Shown here: piece after piece, positions 38,416 through 48,321 of the stretch
Layout: the number at the start of each line of letters is the position of its first letter
Numbering within the stretch: position 1 is the first letter of the stretch
From: an uncultured Clostridiaceae bacterium
Lineage (GTDB): Bacteria; Bacillota; Clostridia; TANB77; CAG-465
Direction of reading: 5' to 3'
Assembly: GCA_964371585.1 (NCBI GenBank)
Contig: CAYJMD010000001.1
Coordinates: 97,709 to 161,708, forward strand
Length of the DNA: 64,000 nucleotides
Notes under the pieces: generated by a model
What the model was told of the DNA's origin: nothing
Seen by the model: only the letters and a program-made list of their open reading frames with translations
Database searches by the model: none
Program-made: the position numbers and the translations under genes

Positions 38416-39369
38416 ATGGAATTACAAATGCTAAATTTAATAATACCTTTAATACTAACATTAGTAGTAGGTGTTATAATAATACCAAAACTTAGAAAAT
38501 TAAAAATAGGCCAAGTAGTTAGAGATGATGGTCCTAAAGAACATTTAAAAAAATCTGGAACACCTACAATGGGTGGTGTAATGATAATTGTAGTTCTTAC
38601 AATATTTTTACTTATTAATTCAATTAATAATCCGACCTTGTTACTAGCACTTGTACCGATAGTAGGATTTGGAATTGTTGGTTTTATTGATGATTATAAA
38701 AAATTAGTTCTTAAAAATCCTAAAGGATTATCAGCTAAAATGAAAATGCTTGGACTATTTATAGTTACAGCTATATTTATATTACTATACATAAATGTAT
38801 TTAATTTATCTACTACAATAATATTACCAGTTTTAAATGTACCACTTAATTTGTCATTAGGAGTATTTGTAGTATTTACTGCATTTATCATGCTTGCAAC
38901 AAGTAATAGTGTTAATTTAACAGATGGTTTAGATGGTCTTGCTGCAGGAGTTGTAAGTATAATTATGACTTTCTTTACAGTAGAAGCTATTATAGCAAAT
39001 GATACAGATATGATCATACTTGGACTTTCAACTATAGGAACTTGTTTAGGATTTTTAGCATTTAATGTTAATCCAGCTAAAATATTTATGGGGGATGTAG
39101 GTTCTCTTGCTCTTGGTGGAGCAGTTGCATCGATAGCAATAATACTAAAAATGCCACTATACTTAGTTATAGTAGCGATTATACCAATACTTGAAACATT
39201 ATCAGTAATATTACAAGTGAGTTTTTTTAAATTAACTAAAGGAAAAAGATTATTTAAAATGTCTCCACTTCATCATCATTTTGAACTAAGTGGAATGAGT
39301 GAGAAAGCAGTTACTATATCATTTTGGGTTGTAACAGTGCTTGCATGTGTAGGAGCATATTTTATTTAA
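38416..39369 (+). CDS. mraY: phospho-N-acetylmuramoyl-pentapeptide transferase
   Basis: KSGTPTMGG, GFIDDY, NLTDGLDGLA, MGDVGSLALGG, PLHHHFE. Confidence 0.95.
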   Translation: MELQMLNLIIPLILTLVVGVIIIPKLRKLKIGQVVRDDGPKEHLKKSGTPTMGGVMIIVVLTIFLLINSINNPTLLLALVPIVGFGIVGFIDDYKKLVLKNPKGLSAKMKMLGLFIVTAIFILLYINVFNLSTTIILPVLNVPLNLSLGVFVVFTAFIMLATSNSVNLTDGLDGLAAGVVSIIMTFFTVEAIIANDTDMIILGLSTIGTCLGFLAFNVNPAKIFMGDVGSLALGGAVASIAIILKMPLYLVIVAIIPILETLSVILQVSFFKLTKGKRLFKMSPLHHHFELSGMSEKAVTISFWVVTVLACVGAYFI

Positions 39370-39402
39370 TTTAGATAGTTAAAACTATTATAAGGGGTAG
39401 AA

Positions 39403-40581
39403 ATGTTAAAAAAATTTATTAAAGGAAAAATAAAAGAACTAGATTATCCAATGCTTACAATAATATGTATACTTGTATGTTTAGGTCTTGTAGTGCTTGC
39501 ATCTGCTAGTTCATATTCAGCAATTAATATGTATAATGATAGTAGTTATTTTTGGATTAGACAATTAGGATTTGCTGTAGTAGGTATAGTTGCTATGATA
39601 GTTATATCTAAAATTGATTATAATGTGTATAAAAAGTGGTCATATTTAGGTTTTATAATTACTTTAGCATTAATGATAGCAGTTCTTATACCAGGACTTG
39701 GAGTAGAGGTAAAAGGTGCAACAAGATGGCTTGGAATAGGATCATTTACACTTCAACCATCAGAAATTATGAAAATTGTTTTAGTTATGGCAACATCAAC
39801 ATATATAGCATTAAATACAAATAAGATAATTAATATACAAAAAGTAAAAGATATAAGAGGTTATATACCTATAGTTTTAATGCTTATAGTAGTAGCTGTA
39901 GTTATGTATTTACAAAACCATTTAAGTGGAACAGCAGTAATGGGGGTTGCTGTTGTAGCAGTAGTATTTGCAGCTGGCACTAAAATTAATGCTAAATTTA
40001 TAATCATGGCTATTATACTTATAGTGTTAGCAGGATTATTTTTCATATTTGGAGATGCAATTTCTTTTGAAAATGGCAGTATAACTGTTGGAGAATCATT
40101 TAGACTTAATCGTATACTAGCATTTTTAAATCCAGAAGAAGATCTTCAAGGAACAAATTGGCAAGCAGCTCAAAGTCTATATGCTATAGGTACAGGATCA
40201 GTTTTTGGACTTGGACTTGGTCAAAGTAGACAAAAATATTTATGGCTCCCAGAAGCTCAAAATGACTTTATATTTTCTGTGCTTGGAGAAGAACTTGGAC
40301 TTATTGGTACGATTTCTACAATAGCATTATTTGGTTTTTTCATATATCGTGGACTTTATATAGCTATGAAATCAGAAGAACTGTATGCAGCACTTCTTGC
40401 AACTGGTATTATTAGTGTATATGCATTTCAGATAATAGTAAATATAGCAGTTGTAACTTGCTCTATGCCAGTTACAGGAATGCCACTTCCATTTTTTAGT
40501 TATGGAGGGACAGCATTATTTATAAATTTAGCATCAATGGGAATACTACTTAATATATCAAGAAGTATAAAAAAAGAATAA
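39403..40581 (+). CDS. ftsW: SEDS family peptidoglycan polymerase (FtsW/SpoVE)
   Basis: About 10 TM helices. RWLGIGSFTLQPSE, PEAQNDFIFSV, PLPFFSYGGT. Located between mraY and murG. Confidence 0.88.
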   Translation: MLKKFIKGKIKELDYPMLTIICILVCLGLVVLASASSYSAINMYNDSSYFWIRQLGFAVVGIVAMIVISKIDYNVYKKWSYLGFIITLALMIAVLIPGLGVEVKGATRWLGIGSFTLQPSEIMKIVLVMATSTYIALNTNKIINIQKVKDIRGYIPIVLMLIVVAVVMYLQNHLSGTAVMGVAVVAVVFAAGTKINAKFIIMAIILIVLAGLFFIFGDAISFENGSITVGESFRLNRILAFLNPEEDLQGTNWQAAQSLYAIGTGSVFGLGLGQSRQKYLWLPEAQNDFIFSVLGEELGLIGTISTIALFGFFIYRGLYIAMKSEELYAALLATGIISVYAFQIIVNIAVVTCSMPVTGMPLPFFSYGGTALFINLASMGILLNISRSIKKE

Positions 40582-40631
40582 AAAATTAAAAAATAAAAAA
40601 ATAATAATATTAATTGACAAAGGGGAATACG

Positions 40632-41741
40632 ATGAGAGTTATAATTGCATGTGCAGGTACAGGTGGACATATAAATCCAGGAATAGCTATAGCTAATTTA
40701 ATTAAAGAAAAAGAACCTAATAGTGAAATACTATTTATAGGAACTAAATTTGGTATGGAAAATGATTTAGTTAGAAAAGCTGGATTTGAAATTAAAGCAA
40801 TAAGAACAGGGAAGATATTAAGAAAATTAACCTTAAAAAATGTAAAAGGAATTATGGAAGCTTTAAAAGGAATAGGCGACAGCATGAAAATATTAAAAGA
40901 GTTTAAACCAGATATTTGTATAGGTACTGGAGGATATATTTGTTATCCAGTTATGAAAGCAGCTATTAAACTTAAAATTCCATATATTTTACATGAAAGT
41001 AATTCTTATCCAGGTCTTTCTGTTAAAGTGCTTGCTAAAAAAGCTAAAGCTGTACTTTGTGGATTTGAAAAGACTGTAGAGAATTTGAAAAACATTCCAA
41101 ATGCAATATATACTTCAACTCCATGTAAAATATCAAGTGAAAAATTCGAAGAGTTAAATAAGGATAAATGTAAATTAGACTTAAAAGTGCCAATAGATAA
41201 AAAAATAGTATTAGTAGCTTTTGGTAGTCAAGGTGCTAAATATTTAAATATTAAAATGATAGATATGATATTATCTGCAAAAAATAAAGATATATTTTAT
41301 GTCCTTATAACAGGTACGGGAAATTATGATGAAGTTGTAAGCTATGTAAATAAGCAAAATGAAATAAACTCTATAGATACATCAAAGTATTTAAAAATAG
41401 AAAAATTTGTATATGAAATGGATAAAATGTATAAGATAGCAGATATGTCTATAACAAGAGGTGGAGCCCTTACTATTACAGAACTTATGGCTACAAAGCT
41501 ACCTGCTGTTCTTATACCACTTCCGACAGCAACTGAAAATCATCAATATCATAATGCAATGATACTTGAAAACATTGATGTAGCTAAGGTTATTGAAGAG
41601 AAAAATTTAAACATTAAAGAATTAAATGATTTTGTAACTAACACGTTAACTAGTGATAGTATAGAAAAAATGAAATTAAATTATGAAAAAATTAAAAGAC
41701 ATGATGTAAATGAGGCTATATATAAAGAGATTGTTAAGTAA
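40632..41741 (+). CDS. murG: UDP-N-acetylglucosamine--N-acetylmuramyl-(pentapeptide) pyrophosphoryl-undecaprenol GlcNAc transferase
   Basis: MRVIIACAGTGGHINPGIAIA, GTGGYI, ITRGGALTITEL, QYHNA. AAAGGGGA RBS precedes ATG 40632. Confidence 0.92.
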   Translation: MRVIIACAGTGGHINPGIAIANLIKEKEPNSEILFIGTKFGMENDLVRKAGFEIKAIRTGKILRKLTLKNVKGIMEALKGIGDSMKILKEFKPDICIGTGGYICYPVMKAAIKLKIPYILHESNSYPGLSVKVLAKKAKAVLCGFEKTVENLKNIPNAIYTSTPCKISSEKFEELNKDKCKLDLKVPIDKKIVLVAFGSQGAKYLNIKMIDMILSAKNKDIFYVLITGTGNYDEVVSYVNKQNEINSIDTSKYLKIEKFVYEMDKMYKIADMSITRGGALTITELMATKLPAVLIPLPTATENHQYHNAMILENIDVAKVIEEKNLNIKELNDFVTNTLTSDSIEKMKLNYEKIKRHDVNEAIYKEIVK

Positions 41742-41757
41742 TAATTTAGAGGTGTAT

Positions 41758-42798
41758 ATGAGTAATCAAAAGAAGAGAACTGCTGGTAAAAAAACTACTA
41801 CTAAAAATACTAATTCAAATCAGACAAAAAAGAGAATTAAAAAACCAGAAGAAAAAAGTATAAAAAAGAATAAAAATAAAACTACTATAAATACTAAATC
41901 TAAAAAAAGTGTAGACAAGCCATCTAGAAAAAAACAAAATACTGAAGTTAAGCCTAAAATCAAAAAAAACAAGATTGAAAGAAAAAAAATAGCCAATGAA
42001 AATACTATGCACACAAATGTTATTAGTAATACTAATTATGTTTTTGAAACAGATAAGACTAATGAAACAAAGTTTAATTTTAAAAAGTTTTTTATAATAG
42101 TGGGGATGATATCTATAGTTATAATTTCTATAACTTTATTATTTACTTTGAGTGTCTTTGATGTAGAAAAAGTAAATATTGTAGGTAATCAAATAGTAAC
42201 ATATGATCAAGTTTTTGAAGCTTCGGATATTTTATATGGAACTAATTTGTTTAATTCAATGATTGTTTTAAACAGAGAAAAAATACTTAAAATACCATAT
42301 GTTAAAGATATAAACTTAAGTTTAGTTTTTCCAAATGAAATAGTAATAGAAGTAGAAGAAAGAATAGCTAAGTATTATGCATTTGATTATGAAAATAACA
42401 GGTACTTTACTATAGATGAAGAGGGTAGAGTTTTAAATACTTTCAGTGATTTGAAAAATATTACTAGTAATGAACTTTTAACTCAAGGGATTACATTTGA
42501 TAAAGATGTAACTCTTGGAACAGATATAAATGATGTAGATTTAAACAAGCTTAAGTATTTTGAACAGATAAAACAGCAAATAGATTCTGAGATAGATGAA
42601 CTTGATATAACAAAAATTAAATTCACTGAAGATACTTATGTAGTTACGCTTAGTGAAAAAATAGATGTTATTTTAAATGAGGAAATAGATATAGAATATA
42701 GTGTAAAATTACTAGACACAATTATTTCACAAATAGGATTTGAGCCAGGTACTATTGATATGAGAGTACAAAATCCTATATTTATTAAGTCATATTAA
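41758..42798 (+). CDS. ftsQ: cell division protein FtsQ/DivIB (POTRA domain) with a long lysine-rich N-terminal tail
   Basis: AGAGGTG RBS precedes ATG 41758. A K-rich ~110-aa tail, a TM helix (FFIIVGMISIVIISITLLFTL), then POTRA (FDVEKVNIVGNQIVTYDQV). Confidence 0.75.
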   Translation: MSNQKKRTAGKKTTTKNTNSNQTKKRIKKPEEKSIKKNKNKTTINTKSKKSVDKPSRKKQNTEVKPKIKKNKIERKKIANENTMHTNVISNTNYVFETDKTNETKFNFKKFFIIVGMISIVIISITLLFTLSVFDVEKVNIVGNQIVTYDQVFEASDILYGTNLFNSMIVLNREKILKIPYVKDINLSLVFPNEIVIEVEERIAKYYAFDYENNRYFTIDEEGRVLNTFSDLKNITSNELLTQGITFDKDVTLGTDINDVDLNKLKYFEQIKQQIDSEIDELDITKIKFTEDTYVVTLSEKIDVILNEEIDIEYSVKLLDTIISQIGFEPGTIDMRVQNPIFIKSY

Positions 42799-42869
42799 AT
42801 AAATATTTGTATTATTATAAATTATATGATATAATGAGCACATCAATATAAAATTAAAGGAGAGATATT

Positions 42870-43475
42870 ATGTTAAAAAAATTAAACTTACCGAACAGAC
42901 TAACACTACTTAGAATTGTACTTGTACCAGTATTTGCGATATTTATGGTACTTGTAGAAGCAGATATGGATTTTGCTATATGGGCAGCTCTTGTAACATT
43001 TGTTGCTGCAAGTATTACAGATGCACTAGATGGACATATTGCAAGAAAGCATAAACTAATTACTGATTTTGGTAAATTAGTTGATCCTTTAGCGGACAAA
43101 TTATTAGTTGCAACATCGTTTATAATGCTTACAGGTGTAGGTATGATACCAGCATGGATTACTGTAATAGTTGTTTTTAGAGATCTAGTTGTTGATACAT
43201 TACGTATGTTCGCTGCTAAAGCAAACGTTGCTATGCAAGCTAGTTTAAGTGGTAAACTTAAAACAATATTTACAATGTCTTCATTAACACTTACATTACT
43301 AGATTTAGCACTTAATGAAAATGCAGGTTTTTTATCATTTGCTTCAAATTCATTAGAACCAATTATGTTACTTATTAATGTGTTTATGAGTATTGGTCTT
43401 ATTGCAACAGCACTTATAACTATATGGTCATTAGTAGATTATACATTAAAAGCAAAACAATATATTAAATTATAA
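42870..43475 (+). CDS. pgsA: CDP-diacylglycerol--glycerol-3-phosphate 3-phosphatidyltransferase
   Basis: NLPNRLTLLRI. CDP-alcohol phosphatidyltransferase motif DALDGHIARK...G...DPLADK. Confidence 0.9.
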   Translation: MLKKLNLPNRLTLLRIVLVPVFAIFMVLVEADMDFAIWAALVTFVAASITDALDGHIARKHKLITDFGKLVDPLADKLLVATSFIMLTGVGMIPAWITVIVVFRDLVVDTLRMFAAKANVAMQASLSGKLKTIFTMSSLTLTLLDLALNENAGFLSFASNSLEPIMLLINVFMSIGLIATALITIWSLVDYTLKAKQYIKL

Positions 43476-43625
43476 TAATTGTAATATAATAATAAAAATC
43501 ATACTACTATTTGTGGTATGATTTTTTATGTAAAAGTAAATATTGTAAAACACTATATAATATGATATAATAGTAGAAGTTTTAGCTAGTAATCCAAATG
43601 AAATTTTATTAAGGAGAGGGAGTAT

Positions 43626-43994
43626 ATGAATAAAAATAAAATAAAGAATAGTAATTATGATATAAATCGGATAAAATCATTTCAAATGTGTATTATGATA
43701 ATATCTGTTATATTAATTGCTTTAACTGTTTATATTAATAGTTTATTATACCAAATTTTATTATCTTTTGTGATTGTTATTATAACTATGGTAGTTATAG
43801 AAGTTAGTGCAAAAAAAGGAATTAAAAAAATAAATTCTACTATGAAAATTTGTGATAATACTTTAATGATAGTATTTGAAAGTGCTAAAGAAAAAACAAA
43901 AGAATTTGAAGAAGATTTGAAAGCTATAAAATTGGATGTAATAACAATGACAATAGTGATAAATATCATAACTATATATCTTTACTTTAAATAA
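43626..43994 (+). CDS. hypothetical membrane protein
   Basis: AAGGAGAGGGAG RBS. Two or three TM helices. No family recognised. Confidence 0.45.
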   Translation: MNKNKIKNSNYDINRIKSFQMCIMIISVILIALTVYINSLLYQILLSFVIVIITMVVIEVSAKKGIKKINSTMKICDNTLMIVFESAKEKTKEFEEDLKAIKLDVITMTIVINIITIYLYFK

Positions 43995-44120
43995 AAATCT
44001 TACAATTAGTAAGATTTTTTTGTTTGCCAAATTATGTTTTAAAATTAATATATATGTAAAAAAACTTGTAATAAAGATTATTAAAATATATAATATTTAA
44101 TATAAGGAAGGTGAAAATAT

Positions 44121-44435
44121 ATGTTAAGACATATAACAGAAAAAGAATTTAACCAGGTAGAAGAATCTAAAGAAGTAATACTTGTAGACTTCTATGCAAC
44201 ATGGTGCCCTCCATGTCAAAAATTAACTCCTGTACTTGAAGAGCTAGCAAATAGTAGAAAATATAATATTGTTTCCGTAAATGTTGATGATAATTTAGCT
44301 CTTGGAGCAAAATATAATGTTCAAGTTGTACCAACTTTAGTAGTGTTTAAAGCTGGTAAAGTTGTTGAAACAAAACAAGGGTATATGAGTAAAGAAGCTG
44401 TTATGCAAATGCTTGATAGTCATATGGAAGAATAA
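44121..44435 (+). CDS. trxA: thioredoxin
   Basis: Active site WCPPCQ, 104 aa, AAGGAAGGTGA RBS. Confidence 0.9.
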   Translation: MLRHITEKEFNQVEESKEVILVDFYATWCPPCQKLTPVLEELANSRKYNIVSVNVDDNLALGAKYNVQVVPTLVVFKAGKVVETKQGYMSKEAVMQMLDSHMEE

Positions 44436-44499
44436 AAAATATAATAAATTATTAAAATCAAAGTAATAAAATTAGTTAACAAGTAAAAAGAGATAAAAT

Positions 44500-44531
44500 A
44501 AAAACAGTAAATATAAATTTACTGTTTTTTT
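44500..44531. terminator. bidirectional intrinsic terminator between trxA and rpmB
   Basis: AAAAACAGTAAAT (44500-44512) pairs with ATTTACTGTTTTT (17-29), loop ATAA. A- and T-tracts on either side. Confidence 0.8.
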
Positions 44532-44535
44532 AAGA

Positions 44536-44727
44536 TTATACTGCTCTTTCAACTTTTCCACTTTTTAAACATCTAGCACAAACTTTAACTTTTTTAGTTG
44601 TATTTCCACCAGCGTTTACTCTAACTGTTTGAACATTTGGTTTAAATGTTCTTGCTGTTCTTCTATGTGAATGACTTACTTGCATTGAGTAAGTTACGTC
44701 TTTTGAACATATTTCGCATTTTGCCAT
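44536..44727 (-). CDS. rpmB: 50S ribosomal protein L28
   Basis: MAKCEICSKDVTYSMQVSHSHRRTARTFKPNVQ, 63 aa. Confidence 0.93.
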   Translation of the reverse strand: MAKCEICSKDVTYSMQVSHSHRRTARTFKPNVQTVRVNAGGNTTKKVKVCARCLKSGKVERAV

Positions 44728-44844
44728 CTTAAAATCCTCCTTTAAATAAGTTTTAAATTGTTACTAGTATATTGTACCATAAAAAAGTAAAATAATCAAT
44801 ATCTAACATAAAAATTTTTATGTTTTACATAAGAATTGTAAAAA

Positions 44845-46308
44845 TTATAATTTTATTATAGTTCCAGTAGCTTGGCTAGAGAAAAAGTTTGATTTTTCTT
44901 CTTCTGGGAAACCACCACTTAATATAACTGTATCTTTTTCTTTTAACAATCCTTTGTTTTGAAGTGTTTTTATTCCTTGATCTAGTATATTTTCGAAATT
45001 GTATTCATTTTCTATTAATATAGCATGAACTCCAAATTCTAAAGCAACTCTTCTGTATGTAGAAGGATTAGCTGTAATTACATAAACAGGACAAGCCGGT
45101 TTGTAACTAGCTATAAGAGAAGGTGTAGAACCATGTTCAGTTACTGCAATTATTGCATCTGCATTTGCAAATAAAGCATTACAACATACAGCATATGAAG
45201 AACGTTTTTTAAATTCTAATTCATCTTCAATTACATCTTCTTTTGTAGAAGTTAATCTTTCTATATTTTTCTTTTTAAATCTTTTCCAGTAATCAATGTT
45301 ATCTTCAGCATCTTTAGCTATTTTAGCCATTATTGTAACAGCTTCTAGAGGGTAGTCACCTTGTGCTGATTCACCAGATAGCATAACTGCAGAAGTACCA
45401 TCAAATACAGCATTTGCTACGTCAGAAACTTCAGCTCTTGTAGGTCTTGGATTTTTTTGCATAGATTCAAGCATTTGTGTAGCAGTTATAACTGGTTTTC
45501 CAGCTGCAACTGTTTTCTTGATCATCATTTTTTGAACTGCTGGTAATTTTTCAGCTGGAATTTCAACTCCTAAATCACCACGTGCAACCATTACACCATC
45601 AGTAACTTTTAATATTTCGTCAAAGTTATCTAAACCTTCTTGGTTTTCTATTTTAGAAATTATTTTTGTAGTTGTATTTCCATGAGAGTTAAGTAATTTT
45701 TTTATTTCAAGTACATCAGAAGCTTTTCTTACGAAAGAAGCTGCTATGTATTCAAAATTTTCTGTAGCTGCTAAAGTTATATCTGCGATATCTTTATCAG
45801 TCATTGCTTTAAGTTGTAATTTAGCACCAGGTACATTTACACCTCTTTTACCTTTTAAAGTACCAGAGTTTTGAATTGTACAATGTATTTCAGTTCCTTC
45901 AATAGAATCAACAACAAGGTCAATTAAACCATCATCAACAAGGATGTGTGAACCTACAGTTACATCTTCAACAAGTTTAGGATATGTGATAGATACTATT
46001 GTATTATCTCCTTCAATTTCTCTAGTTGTTAAAGTGAATTTTTCACCTTTAACTAAGTTTTGTTTTTCATTGTTTTTATATACACCAGTTCTGATTTCAG
46101 GACCTTTAGTATCAAGCATGAAAGCAACATTTGTTCCAAGTTCTTTATTGATTTCTCTTAAAGTTTTAACTTTTTCCATATGTTCTGCATGATCTCCATG
46201 AGAGAAGTTAAGTCTCATAACATTCATACCAGCATTTATAAGTGAAGTTAATACTTCTTTACTTTCACTAGCTGGACCAATTGTACAAACGATTTTTGTT
46301 TTCTTCAT
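44845..46308 (-). CDS. pyk: pyruvate kinase
   Basis: MKKTKIVCTIGPAS, NFSHG, MVARGDLGVEIP, ATQMLESM. I prefer ATG 46308 because the ORF-track ATG 46320 abuts the GGAG RBS directly. Confidence 0.92.
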   Translation of the reverse strand: MKKTKIVCTIGPASESKEVLTSLINAGMNVMRLNFSHGDHAEHMEKVKTLREINKELGTNVAFMLDTKGPEIRTGVYKNNEKQNLVKGEKFTLTTREIEGDNTIVSITYPKLVEDVTVGSHILVDDGLIDLVVDSIEGTEIHCTIQNSGTLKGKRGVNVPGAKLQLKAMTDKDIADITLAATENFEYIAASFVRKASDVLEIKKLLNSHGNTTTKIISKIENQEGLDNFDEILKVTDGVMVARGDLGVEIPAEKLPAVQKMMIKKTVAAGKPVITATQMLESMQKNPRPTRAEVSDVANAVFDGTSAVMLSGESAQGDYPLEAVTIMAKIAKDAEDNIDYWKRFKKKNIERLTSTKEDVIEDELEFKKRSSYAVCCNALFANADAIIAVTEHGSTPSLIASYKPACPVYVITANPSTYRRVALEFGVHAILIENEYNFENILDQGIKTLQNKGLLKEKDTVILSGGFPEEEKSNFFSSQATGTIIKL

Positions 46309-46458
46309 AAAATTATACATCTCCTTTAAAAATATAACGACATGATATTATTTATATCATGTACAACGTCTTATATAGTATACTTTAATTTACTTTAAAT
46401 GTCAATTAAACTATATAAAAAGAGTAGAAATATTGGTAAATTCTGTATAATTTTGCTA

Positions 46459-46487
46459 TTGACATTTATAATATAATTGTGTATAAT
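46459..46487 (+). promoter_or_regulatory. sigma-A consensus promoter of the T-box leader
   Basis: TTGACA (46459-46464), a 17-nt spacer, then TATAAT (46482-46487). Confidence 0.7.
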
Positions 46488-46493
46488 ATTAAT

Positions 46494-46737
46494 AATAACT
46501 GTGATAAAGGAAAAGTAAATTAAAACTGCTATTATTTTAAGAGAGGAAATATTATAAGCTGAGAGTATTTCTATAGTAAGATTTTTGAAAAAACACCTTT
46601 TGAGTTGGGCTGTGCAAAGTAGCTCCGTTGTAATTTAAAATAACGTTAAAAATAATGAGGAAAAATTAAGGTGGCACCACGATATATATAATCGTCCTTA
46701 AGCGTAGTAATACATATGCTTAAGTGGCGATTTTTTG
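46494..46737 (+). promoter_or_regulatory. T-box riboswitch leader; specifier read as AAC (Asn)
   Basis: K-turn halves AGAGAGG and CCTTTTGAG. Specifier loop GAAA-AAC-A directly 5' of helix strand CCTTT (AAC = 46592-46594). Stem III is CGTT..AACG. T-box sequence AATTAAGGTGGCACCACG (about 46665-46682). The terminator 46690-46737 (AATCGTCCTTAAGC pairs with GCTTAAGTGGCGATT, then TTTTTT) competes with the antiterminator. Confidence 0.8.
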
Positions 46738-46765
46738 CATATGTATATAGAAAGGTGAGATTTAG

Positions 46766-48073
46766 ATGATAAAAATATCAGGAGAGCAGTTAGAAACATT
46801 AACTGCACAGGAAATTAAAACAAGAAAAGAAGTTACTATTTGTGGTATGGTACATAAAGTAAGAGATATGAAATCTTTTGTATTCATAGTAGTAAGAAGA
46901 GCTTCAGAAGTAATTCAGTGTGTTATGAGTAAAGATAATTCTACTTATGTTGATTTAAAAGAAGAAAGTAGTGTTAAAATAATAGGTAATGTAATTTTAA
47001 CAGATAAAGTAGAAGCAGGATTTGAAATTGATGTAACTAATTTAGAAGTTCTTAGTAGTGCATATGAATTATCGCCAGTTACAATTAATAAAAAAGATTT
47101 AAATGTAAACTTAGATGTAAACTTAGATAATAGAGTTGTAAGTTTAAGAAATGAAAAACAGCGTGCAATATTTAAAATTCAAGAAGGTATTGTAAGAGGA
47201 TTTAAACAAACTCTACATGATAATGGATTTACAGAAATACGTACACCTAAAATAGTTGCAAACAGTGCAGAAGGTGGGGCAAACGTATTTAAATTTGATT
47301 ATTTTGGTAGAGAAGTAGCGCTTGCTCAAAGTCCACAATTTTATAAACAAATGATGGTTTCAGTTTTTGAAAAAGTTTATGAAGTTGCTCCAGTATTTAG
47401 AGCGGAAAAACATAATACTTCAAGACATTTAAATGAATATATAAGTATGGATTTAGAAATGGGATTTATAGAATCTTTCTATGATATAATGAACTTAGAA
47501 ACAAAAGTACTTAAGAATATTTTTGCTCTGTTAAAAAAAGAATATGAAAAAGAAGTTAAATTATTAAATATTGATCTTCCAGTTATAAATGAAATACCAG
47601 CAGTTAAATTTACTGAAGCTAAAGAAATATTAGAAAAAGAACTTGGAAGAAAAACTTTAGATAAACATGATTTAGAACCAGAAGAGGAACAATTATTATC
47701 TAAATATGCTAAAGACAAATATGATAGTGATTTTATATTTATAACTCATTATCCTTCATATAAGAGACCTTTTTATACACTAGATGATGTAGAAGATGAA
47801 AATTATACTTGTAGTTTTGATTTATTATTCAGAGGTGTGGAAATAACAACAGGTGGACAAAGAATACATGACTATGAAATGCAAGTAAATAAAATGAAGA
47901 AAAAAGGGTTAAATCCAGAAGATTTTAAGTCATATTTAAAACTTCATAAACATGGAGTAGCACCTCATGGTGGACTTGGACTTGGTCTTGAAAGATTAAC
48001 AGCTAAAATAATAGAACTTAGTAATGTTAAAGAAGCAAGTTTATTCCCTAGAGATATAACTAGAGTAGACTAA
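46766..48073 (+). CDS. aspS: aspartate--tRNA ligase, archaeal/type-2 form (possibly non-discriminating)
   Basis: 435 aa. FRAEKHNTSRHLNEYISMDLEMGF, FDLLFRGVEITTGGQRIHDYE, GLNPEDFKSYLKLHKHGVAPHGGLGLGLERL and LFPRDITRVD match archaeal-type AspRS (FRAEEHNTTRHLNE..., FPRD..R) rather than AsnRS. Confidence 0.8.
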   Translation: MIKISGEQLETLTAQEIKTRKEVTICGMVHKVRDMKSFVFIVVRRASEVIQCVMSKDNSTYVDLKEESSVKIIGNVILTDKVEAGFEIDVTNLEVLSSAYELSPVTINKKDLNVNLDVNLDNRVVSLRNEKQRAIFKIQEGIVRGFKQTLHDNGFTEIRTPKIVANSAEGGANVFKFDYFGREVALAQSPQFYKQMMVSVFEKVYEVAPVFRAEKHNTSRHLNEYISMDLEMGFIESFYDIMNLETKVLKNIFALLKKEYEKEVKLLNIDLPVINEIPAVKFTEAKEILEKELGRKTLDKHDLEPEEEQLLSKYAKDKYDSDFIFITHYPSYKRPFYTLDDVEDENYTCSFDLLFRGVEITTGGQRIHDYEMQVNKMKKKGLNPEDFKSYLKLHKHGVAPHGGLGLGLERLTAKIIELSNVKEASLFPRDITRVD

Positions 48074-48321
48074 GAAATAATATATTAATTACAAGTTAAT
48101 ATATAATAAATTAAACTTAAATTATATAAGTAAAAAATAAAGGTAGCTAATTGTAAAAAAATAGCTATCTTTATTTTGTTTTAAGTCTAAATTTGCATAA
48201 AAATTAATATTATTTAAAAAGTAGATGTAAAACTAGCGTAAGAAGCTTGGAATTTGCTTAAAAATCTTTACTTTCACCTATTATTATAGTATAATTAATA
48301 TATTAAATTTGGTGGTGAATT

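Noticed and set aside
39636-39824. 62-aa same-strand ORF inside ftsW in another frame.
   Set aside because: It is embedded in a strongly supported SEDS gene and has no RBS. It is an out-of-frame artefact.
46528-46626. An alternative fold of the T-box leader in which GCTATT (about 46528) pairs with AAGTAGC (about 46617) to give a long Stem I.
   Set aside because: It conflicts with the K-turn halves (AGAGAGG and CCTTTTGAG), which define the Stem I base at about 46541-46604. Kept only as a caveat that Stem I length and the specifier assignment need a covariance-model check.
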